A DNA stretch of 24,000 nucleotides from Kordiimonas laminariae (GTDB lineage: Bacteria; Pseudomonadota; Alphaproteobacteria; Sphingomonadales; Kordiimonadaceae), in NCBI RefSeq assembly GCF_023008165.1, contig NZ_JAKQZA010000001.1, positions 396,796 to 420,795 on the forward strand, given 5' to 3'. The position numbers and the translations under genes were made by a program. This document shows positions 17,141 through 24,000 of this stretch, piece after piece. Each line of letters starts with the position of its first letter. The first letter of the stretch is position 1. Under the pieces are notes generated by a model. The model made no database searches and was not told the origin of the DNA. It saw nothing but the letters and a program-made list of their open reading frames with translations.

Positions 17141-18622
17141 TTAGGCCTTAAGGGCCTCAATCGCTTTTTTAACGCGTGCGGCATAATCTACATCCGCTGC
17201 TGCATACTGTTCCAGCATCCGCACTTGCGCACTTTCAGATGCCTGGCTTAGGCCACCTGCGATATTTTCAGCGAGCTGGTTCTTCTGATCTTCCGTCATG
17301 ATACGGAACAGTTCTCCAGCCTGCGTGAAGTTATCTTCATCGCGGCTTTCGTGGTAACCAACCCATGCATCTTCTTCAAGTGGCATTGGCGGCTCCATCA
17401 CTGATGGCTTCGGCACTGGTGCACCTTCTGCAGCCCGATCATTCGGGAAGAAGTTGGCACCGCTACCTTGGTTCGCCGCATGGCCAGTTACAGGGCATTT
17501 CACCATACCTGCCATCGCACCATCACGCTGATAGTGGTGCACAGGGCATTTCGGCGCATTCACAGGCAACTGCTGGTGGTTCACACCAACCCGGTAACGC
17601 TGCGCATCAGGATATGCCAGCAAGCGTGCCTGCAACATCTTATCAGGCGATGCGCCCACACCCGGCACAAGGTTTGACGGTGTGAAAGCAGATTGCTCTG
17701 TTTCCGCGAAATAGTTATCCACGTTGCGGTTCAGTTCCATTTTCCCAATCTCAATCAACGGGAAATCTGAATGCGGCCATACTTTCGTCAGGTCAAACGG
17801 GTTGTAGCGGTATGTTTTCGCTTCAGCCTCTGTCATGATCTGGATTTTCACAGTCCAGCTTGGGAAATCACCTGCATCAATCGAGTTCACCAAATCTTCC
17901 TGCGCACCATATGCAGGTAATCCTGCTGTTTCACTACCGCGCAGTGTTTTAATGCCTTGGTCGGTCTTCAGGTGGAATTTCACCCATACACGCTCGCCCT
18001 GATCATTCCAGAAACTAAGGGTGTGAGAACCGTAGCCGTTCATGTGGCGGTAGCTTGCTGGAATACCGCGGTCTGACATCAAAATGGTTGATTGGTGCAA
18101 AGACTGCGGGTGGTTCGCCCAATATTCAAACACCGCAGATGCATCTGGTGTGTTTGTACGGGGATTTTTCTTCTGGCTGTGTACAAAATCAGGGAACTTT
18201 GATGGATCACGCAGGAAGAATACAGGCGTGTTGTTACCAACAAGATCAAAATTACCTTCTTCTGTATAAAACTTCACAGCAAAACCGCGTGGATCACGGG
18301 CATAATCACTGCTGTCCTGACCGCCACCTACTGTGGAGAAACGAACGAACACCTCTGTTTCTTTGCCTTCGCCCTGAAGGAAGTTGGCGATGGTGTAATC
18401 ACTCAAATCTTTTGTAAGTGTGAATGTGCCGTATGCACCACTGCCGCGGGCGTGCACTACACGCTCAGGAATGCGTTCGCGGTTAAAGTGCGCCAGCTTT
18501 TCCATCAGGCGAAAATTATCAAAAGTTAGCGGGCCACGAGAGCCAGCTGAAATACTGTTATTATCATCAGCAACGGGAGCACCGTTCGCTGTAGTAAGAA
18601 TATTTGGAGTGTTTCCTGACAT
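17141..18622 (-). CDS. katA: Monofunctional heme catalase (small-subunit, clade 3-like)
   Basis: TTANGAPVADDNNSISAGSRGPLTFDNFRLMEKLAHFNRERIPERVVHARGSGAYGTF...VRFSTVGGGQDSSDYARDPRGFAVKFYTEEGNFDLVGNNTPVFFLRDPSKFPDFVHSQK: canonical catalase with catalytic His and Asn motifs. Confidence 0.97.
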   Translation of the reverse strand: MSGNTPNILTTANGAPVADDNNSISAGSRGPLTFDNFRLMEKLAHFNRERIPERVVHARGSGAYGTFTLTKDLSDYTIANFLQGEGKETEVFVRFSTVGGGQDSSDYARDPRGFAVKFYTEEGNFDLVGNNTPVFFLRDPSKFPDFVHSQKKNPRTNTPDASAVFEYWANHPQSLHQSTILMSDRGIPASYRHMNGYGSHTLSFWNDQGERVWVKFHLKTDQGIKTLRGSETAGLPAYGAQEDLVNSIDAGDFPSWTVKIQIMTEAEAKTYRYNPFDLTKVWPHSDFPLIEIGKMELNRNVDNYFAETEQSAFTPSNLVPGVGASPDKMLQARLLAYPDAQRYRVGVNHQQLPVNAPKCPVHHYQRDGAMAGMVKCPVTGHAANQGSGANFFPNDRAAEGAPVPKPSVMEPPMPLEEDAWVGYHESRDEDNFTQAGELFRIMTEDQKNQLAENIAGGLSQASESAQVRMLEQYAAADVDYAARVKKAIEALKA

Positions 18623-18812
18623 GGTCTCATCCTCTTGGTTTGTGTCTGTAAAACCAAGATATGCATAACCTATTAATTTCGCAAATTTATTAAATTTTAC
18701 ATTTCAATCGATAAATACGATTAATTACCATCAAACTTAGAAAAGCCCTTTGTAACCGCCAGAGAAGCTTCTTATATAAACCTTATGGCATTCATTGCTA
18801 ATCGGGGGAAAT

Positions 18813-19841
18813 ATGGAAGCATCATCCGCTTCAAAGCCACATAACAAACGGCTTGAATCAATATTAATAGAAGTAAAACTAAGGGCGGAAGGAGCATCTT
18901 CCGATGATGAGCTAATCACAGCCATCAAGCGCTTAGAACAATTCCCACAGCCAGTTGCATACGATAACCGGCGCCTGAATATGTTCGCCAGCATTTTTGC
19001 AGCTTTATTTATACTCATCGGGGCAGCTCTGTATTTCATACAGATACCAGAAGAATACCTCTTCGTCCCGCTCGGCGGTTTAGTTTTGGTTTTGGTCATA
19101 TACGGCAGTTTCTGGCACCAACGCAGAGCTAGCTTTGATAAACTATCTGACCGTATCCATTTTCGCAGCACGCTTTTTGATTATAACCTGCAAGAAATAA
19201 GAGTTCATGCACCGGATAAAGCCAAGGAGCTGGCGGGTCGTTTCACTTCTTTCAGGAAAGGAAACCACCAGCGCCTGATTGAACAGTGGTTGGAAGGTAA
19301 GCATGAAGGCGAAGAAAATAGCTTCAACTATAATTATTATCATTTCCATTATGTAGACCGCCGCCGTGTAACAACCACGGACAGTAAAGGGAATGTAAGA
19401 ACAAAAACCGTATATGATCATCATCACCGTTATGGTTTCATCGTACCGTTCAAATACGCCCGCAATATAGATATCGCCGAAAAATACCTGAAATTGTTCC
19501 AGACTGGCTATAAAACCAGCTCCATCAGTTTCAACAAAAAGTTTTCCGTGAATTTTGACAGCGAAATGGAAGTTGTGAAATTCCTGAAACCCGCAGTGCT
19601 TCAGGCAATTGAAGCAACCGGCGATGCGCTTAGTGAAATAGTGCTTGAATTCAACGGCAGTGGTGATCTGTGCTTTTCCTTCGGCAATAACGACACCATA
19701 CGGATAAACAGGGAATTCAGCCTGAAACAACCCAAAGAATTTGCAGCAGAGATTGAGGGCAAAGCCAACCAGCCAAGGCTTACTGCCGCTCTCGCATTCA
19801 TAGAAAAACTGATGAAATATTCAGATGATAATTTTAGCTAA
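18813..19841 (+). CDS. DUF3137-like membrane protein
   Basis: Two adjacent TM segments, then RIHFRSTLFDYN and a central His/Tyr-rich section (NYNYYHFHYVDRRR...VYDHHHRYG). Adjacent to lemA, as is common for this family. ATG 18813 is preceded by GGGGGAA; the track start 18795 is TTG. Confidence 0.65.
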   Translation: MEASSASKPHNKRLESILIEVKLRAEGASSDDELITAIKRLEQFPQPVAYDNRRLNMFASIFAALFILIGAALYFIQIPEEYLFVPLGGLVLVLVIYGSFWHQRRASFDKLSDRIHFRSTLFDYNLQEIRVHAPDKAKELAGRFTSFRKGNHQRLIEQWLEGKHEGEENSFNYNYYHFHYVDRRRVTTTDSKGNVRTKTVYDHHHRYGFIVPFKYARNIDIAEKYLKLFQTGYKTSSISFNKKFSVNFDSEMEVVKFLKPAVLQAIEATGDALSEIVLEFNGSGDLCFSFGNNDTIRINREFSLKQPKEFAAEIEGKANQPRLTAALAFIEKLMKYSDDNFS

Positions 19842-19865
19842 TTTACCCACAGGGAAGGCATAAAC

Positions 19866-20441
19866 ATGGACCCAACACTCTTTATATGGCTACTAATTCC
19901 AGCCGTTTTGATAATCAGCTTTATCATCATCAACAACGGCATTATCCGCCGGAAAAACATGGTGGTACGCGCATGGTCGGATGTCATCACATACGAACGG
20001 CAGAAAAATAAAACGCTGCCTGAACTTGAACGTGTTGCGAGCCAATATCAAGAACATGAAGCAAAGCTGCTAGAGGAAATCACAGCTCTCAGAAGTACGC
20101 TTGCTCGCGCGAACACCAGCGATGTAGACACAAGCCAACTGGCACAAATTGAAGCCCGCACCCAAAGCATGCTTGGCAGCTTTAATATTGCTATGGAAGC
20201 CTACCCGAACCTGGAGATGGCTGGTGTTACCAAAGGATTGATGAAAGAGATTTCCGAACTGCAGGATAACATCTCGGCAGCTATCAGCATCTTTAACGGT
20301 AATGTAGAAGCCTTCAACAGTGGCATTCAGGTGTTCCCGAACAGCTTTGTGAACGGTATGGGCGGCAAACAAACACCATACAAACCATTCACCAACGCTG
20401 AAGCTGTTGAAACTATTGGTTTCACACTTGAGCAGGAATAA
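19866..20441 (+). CDS. lemA: LemA family protein
   Basis: N-terminal TM; IINNGIIRRKNMVVRAWSDVITYERQKNKTLPELERVASQYQEHEAKLLEEITALRS...AMEAYPNLEMAGVTKGLMKEISELQDNISAAISIFN matches LemA architecture, with the usual N-x-L variant diverged. Confidence 0.85.
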   Translation: MDPTLFIWLLIPAVLIISFIIINNGIIRRKNMVVRAWSDVITYERQKNKTLPELERVASQYQEHEAKLLEEITALRSTLARANTSDVDTSQLAQIEARTQSMLGSFNIAMEAYPNLEMAGVTKGLMKEISELQDNISAAISIFNGNVEAFNSGIQVFPNSFVNGMGGKQTPYKPFTNAEAVETIGFTLEQE

Positions 20442-20444
20442 TGC

Positions 20445-21440
20445 TCAGCGGCGGAAAATTGTTTGCTGAACATTACCTTTGTGGGGGCCGGAATAATAAC
20501 TGTTCCGGCCAATCGCCTCAAACCCCAGTTTTTCCAGGATACGAATAGACGCCTCATTACCGTCCAGCACTCGCGCGAAAAGTGGCTGGCGCCGCATCGC
20601 CTTAGGCTGAGCCTGCAACAGCATTGCCACCGCCCGTCCTGCAATCCCCTGCCCCCAGAATTTGCGGTCAATCCAGTACCCAAGCACCATCTCTCCCGCC
20701 TGTGTAGGAGAAAGATCAACATACCCCGCGCGCTCACCGTTCTTTCTTATGAGAAACACATAGGCACCACTTTGAGGATTAGCTAAATCGTCCTGCATGG
20801 CTTTCACAAAGCTGGCTTTATCAATCATTTCACCCGCGATCCCTGCCATAAGCAGAGCCTCCGGGTCTTCATTCAGACTGTAAATCCATTCAATATCAGC
20901 AACTGTTTCAAAACGGGCAAGCATAACTCCGTCAGGGTCAGCCGGATGCGGATACCGAACCTTCATACTTGGATATGCTGCATTCCTTGAAACAGATTGC
21001 ACCATCTCAATGCTATCAAACACAAACCCAAGCTTTTGAAGCACACGCCCGGATGCCGGATTATCCTTCCCGTACCTTGCTGTGATAGAACGCCTCGGTT
21101 CCAGTTGCTGTGCCAATTTCAAAAGTGCCTGCGCAGCCTCGGTTGCATAGCCTTTCCCCCGATGATCAGCACCAATGAAATACCCAATTTCCCATTCATC
21201 TTTTGGATTGATGAACAAAACACCGCTGCCCACAAGCACGTCACCATCATAAATACCGCGCTGAAACATGTTAAACAAAAGCCGCTCATCCCTACCGCGG
21301 CTAATAAGCCTTTCCTTGGCAAAATCCAACGTTACCGGATGCGGGATTGTACTGCTGTTCCGCGCTACAAGCGGATCATTCAGCTGTTCATGGAACGCTT
21401 CCAAATCATTCAACATTATGGATTTCAGGCGTATGGGCAT
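20445..21440 (-). CDS. Tandem GNAT-domain N-acetyltransferase
   Basis: Two GNAT units: WEIGYFIGADHRGKGYATEAAQALLKLA...NPASGRVLQKLGFVF, and MVLGYWIDRKFWGQGIAGRAVAMLL...NEASIRILEKLGFEAIGRNSYY. Confidence 0.88.
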   Translation of the reverse strand: MPIRLKSIMLNDLEAFHEQLNDPLVARNSSTIPHPVTLDFAKERLISRGRDERLLFNMFQRGIYDGDVLVGSGVLFINPKDEWEIGYFIGADHRGKGYATEAAQALLKLAQQLEPRRSITARYGKDNPASGRVLQKLGFVFDSIEMVQSVSRNAAYPSMKVRYPHPADPDGVMLARFETVADIEWIYSLNEDPEALLMAGIAGEMIDKASFVKAMQDDLANPQSGAYVFLIRKNGERAGYVDLSPTQAGEMVLGYWIDRKFWGQGIAGRAVAMLLQAQPKAMRRQPLFARVLDGNEASIRILEKLGFEAIGRNSYYSGPHKGNVQQTIFRR

Positions 21441-21598
21441 AAAGTTCTTAATCTAAATAAGAGTACCTAACAGTACATAAGTTAGTTTGAATTTTGCAAA
21501 CTTTAAACTTTAACGGGCAGGTAACCATTACTATATACCAACACAGGGTATAATATTACACCTAAAAAGAGCTTTTATTCTAAATTCCAACAATACTT

Positions 21599-22582
21599 AT
21601 GAGTTCATTTATGACAATTGATCAAGAACTATTTAAACAAAAAGCTTACGATGTATTTTTCCCAAAATATAAGTCAAAACTGCCGTTTTTTGAGAAAAAT
21701 GAAGTTAAACTCGCTCACTACACTTCAGCAGGCACAGCATATGAAATAATTAAAAATGAGGAAATATGGCTAAGAAATACAAATTACATGAACGATCATG
21801 ATGAAGTTAATCATGGTTTGAAATGCTTACATAATATCTTGAGTAGCACAGAAGTTTTAAACTTCTTCAAAGATACTCTTAATTCAATATCACCAGGTAT
21901 ATTTAATGAAACAACCCAACGCTTTGATAGAATGGCACCCTACTTAAACCAAGAAACATACATATCGTGTTTTTCCGAACACGACCCTGTCAGTGAAAAT
22001 GATCTTGGGCGACTTTCAATGTGGAGAGCCTACGGTGGCAACTCAGGTGTATCGATAATATTTAATACTGGGCCATTCTTTTCCGAAAGTAATAGTACAA
22101 AGGCATTATCATTTTTGGTTGATTATGAAAAAACAAGCTCCCTAAAAGGCCATCTCCTTCAAACCTTACATAGGCTGCAAGAAGAGAGGGAATACTTTTC
22201 ATCGATACCTAAAGAGCGTTTGATTGACACTATACTAATGTATCTTTTAAGCTTTCCATTGGCGATCAAACATCCTGGTTTCCAAGAAGAAAAAGAACTG
22301 AGAATAGTATATAATCCAGCGGTACTTGTATCAGACAAACTAATAGCAGATACTGTGACTCTTGATGACATTCCCCAAAAAATTTATAAAATTCCTTTGA
22401 AAGACTACCCTGAAGAAGGCTTCATTGGTGCGACACCAAAAGACATCATCAATCGTATTATTATTGGCCCAAGTCACCACGCCACTTCTTTAAAGAAAAC
22501 ATTCATCGAACTTCTTCAAAATAAAGGAGTAGAAAATGCTGAAACAAAAGTAGTGTGCTCTGACATACCTTTGAGGACATAA
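21599..22582 (+). CDS. DUF2971-like protein
   Basis: LAHYTSAGTAYEIIKNEEIWLRNTNYMNDHDEVNHG...ISCFSEHDPVSENDLGRLSMWRAYGGNSGVSIIFN resembles the DUF2971 pattern (HYT...LRxT/NxxMNDxxE...SCFSE...MWxxYG). Function unknown. An alternative start is 21614. Confidence 0.7.
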   Translation: MSSFMTIDQELFKQKAYDVFFPKYKSKLPFFEKNEVKLAHYTSAGTAYEIIKNEEIWLRNTNYMNDHDEVNHGLKCLHNILSSTEVLNFFKDTLNSISPGIFNETTQRFDRMAPYLNQETYISCFSEHDPVSENDLGRLSMWRAYGGNSGVSIIFNTGPFFSESNSTKALSFLVDYEKTSSLKGHLLQTLHRLQEEREYFSSIPKERLIDTILMYLLSFPLAIKHPGFQEEKELRIVYNPAVLVSDKLIADTVTLDDIPQKIYKIPLKDYPEEGFIGATPKDIINRIIIGPSHHATSLKKTFIELLQNKGVENAETKVVCSDIPLRT

Positions 22583-22659
22583 ACACCCTTGCCGCAACCA
22601 CTCTTCTGTGGCTTATTGTGGCTTCTGTATTTGGTAATTTCTCACATGGGGATTTTTGG

Positions 22660-24000
22660 ATGTCTCAGTCTTCTGACAGCACCCTCGACTTGCTTGATGA
22701 TCTGGTAAAAGCAGCGCTTAAAGGCGGTGCAGATGCAGCCGATGCGGTTGCCGTTGATGCACGCTCAAAAGGGGTTTCCTGGCGTGAAGGCCAGATGGAA
22801 GATGTTGAAGGCTCTGAAGGCGAAGATATTGGTCTCCGTGTGATGATCGGCAAACAGCAGGCGATGGTTTCCACCAGCAACCGCAGCACGGGCAACCTGA
22901 AAGAAGTGGTTGAGCGCACGCTTGCTATGGCACGCGCAGTGCCGGAAGACCAATATTGTGGTTTGGCACCCGAAGATAAACTTCACACAGGCCCATTTGC
23001 TGAGCTTGACCTGTATGATGATACGGAAGTATCCGCCGAACAACTGGCGGAAATTGCCCGTGAAGCCGAGGAAGCAACCCGCGCTGTTGAGGGTGTAACC
23101 ACATCACCGGGCGCTGGTGCATCAGCCAGCAGTTGGGCGATTGACCTGGTGACCAGCCACGGCTTTGCAGGCCACTATAAAGGCTCTAGTTTTTCATCCA
23201 GTGTTTCTGCGGTTGCTGGCGAAGGCACCGGCATGGAACGAGATTATGATTTCACATCAACCCGCCATTTTGCTGATCTTGAAAGTGCCGCTGCTATTGG
23301 TACAAAAGCGGGTGAACTTGCCGTAAAACGCCTGAACCCAACCAAAGCGGAAAGCGGTCAGAAACCACTTGTATTCAGCCCACGTGTTGCAAACTCACTA
23401 CTTGGGCATTTTGCAGGTGCTATTTCAGGCGGCGCTGTCGCGCGCGGCACCAGCTTTCTGAAAGACCGGCTTGGTGAAGCCGTCTTCGCAGACGGCGTTA
23501 CCATTGTGGATAACCCGCTGATGAAACGTGGGCTTTCAAGCAAACTTTTTGATGGTGAAGGCGTAAGGGTTCAAAAAATGAACCTCGTTGAAAGCGGTAC
23601 ACTGAAAACATGGACACTGAACAGTGCCACCGCACGCCAGCTTGAAATGGAAGTAACAGGCCATGCATCACGCGGCACATCTTCCGCCCCCGGCATTGGC
23701 ACCACCAACCTTTATATGGAAGCTGGTACCCTTTCCCCTGAAAAACTGATGGCTGATATCGCTGACGGCATTTATATCACCGAGCTTATTGGCATGGGTG
23801 TAAACGGCGTAACAGGTGACTATAGCCGCGGTGCATCTGGTTTCATGATCAAAAACGGCGAGATCACCGAAAGCGTGAGCGAATTTACAATTGCTGGCAA
23901 TCTTAAGGATATGTTCATGGCTCTTGTGCCAGCATCAGACCTTGAGTTTAAATACGGTGCCAACGCCCCAACCGTTCGTATTGACGGTATGATGGTAGCG
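22660..24000 (+). CDS. pmbA: TldD/PmbA family metallopeptidase component (TldE/PmbA), truncated by the window end
   Basis: ATG at 22660: MSQSSDSTLDLLDDLVKAALKGGADAADAVAVDARSKGVSWREGQMEDVEGSEGEDIGLRVMIGKQQAMVSTSN...FSPRVANSLLGHFAGAISGGAVARGTSFLKDRLGE...GIYITELIGMGVNGVTGDYSRGASGFMIKNGEI. The frame stays open to base 24000. Confidence 0.93.
   Translation, partial: MSQSSDSTLDLLDDLVKAALKGGADAADAVAVDARSKGVSWREGQMEDVEGSEGEDIGLRVMIGKQQAMVSTSNRSTGNLKEVVERTLAMARAVPEDQYCGLAPEDKLHTGPFAELDLYDDTEVSAEQLAEIAREAEEATRAVEGVTTSPGAGASASSWAIDLVTSHGFAGHYKGSSFSSSVSAVAGEGTGMERDYDFTSTRHFADLESAAAIGTKAGELAVKRLNPTKAESGQKPLVFSPRVANSLLGHFAGAISGGAVARGTSFLKDRLGEAVFADGVTIVDNPLMKRGLSSKLFDGEGVRVQKMNLVESGTLKTWTLNSATARQLEMEVTGHASRGTSSAPGIGTTNLYMEAGTLSPEKLMADIADGIYITELIGMGVNGVTGDYSRGASGFMIKNGEITESVSEFTIAGNLKDMFMALVPASDLEFKYGANAPTVRIDGMMVA

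Noticed and set aside
19143-19730. 195-aa - strand ORF opposite the DUF3137-like gene
   Set aside because: Antisense shadow ORF. The + strand protein has TM segments, an RBS and synteny with lemA.
20463-20786. 107-aa + strand ORF in the acetyltransferase region
   Set aside because: Antisense shadow of the tandem GNAT gene, whose two acetyl-CoA binding motifs are clear.
1-24000. CRISPR arrays, transposases, integrases, tRNA/rRNA genes
   Set aside because: No regularly spaced repeats, transposase/integrase motifs or tRNA cloverleaf/rRNA sequence were recognised on reading the window.

Overview
This 24 kb window looks like alphaproteobacterial chromosome. Its core is a nearly complete Flp/Tad (Cpa) tight-adherence type IVb pilus locus on the + strand: a TadG-like VWA protein, two TadE-like pseudopilins, [a Rieske ring-hydroxylating oxygenase], Flp pilin, CpaA/TadV, CpaB/RcpC, CpaC/RcpA, CpaD, CpaE/TadZ, CpaF/TadA, TadB and TadC. 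Downstream is a peroxide-defence cluster (ahpC-ahpD on -, oxyR on +, katA on -). After that come a DUF3137-like membrane protein with a LemA protein (+), a tandem-GNAT acetyltransferase (-), an AT-rich DUF2971-like gene (+), and the start of pmbA/tldE (+, truncated by the window edge). The left edge carries the N-terminal part of an alpha/beta hydrolase on the - strand that the ORF track omits. I found no convincing evidence of a wholly new system. The observations most worth checking are: a structured intergenic region after tadC with serial hairpins and a strong terminator; a 20-bp perfect palindrome and a CtrA-like TTAA-N7-TTAA box upstream of flp; the Rieske oxygenase embedded in the tad locus; palindromes and a shared motif upstream of ahpC/oxyR and katA; and the isolated AT-rich DUF2971-like gene. 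No CRISPR array, tRNA, rRNA or transposase was seen. All family calls come from reading motifs by eye, not from searches.
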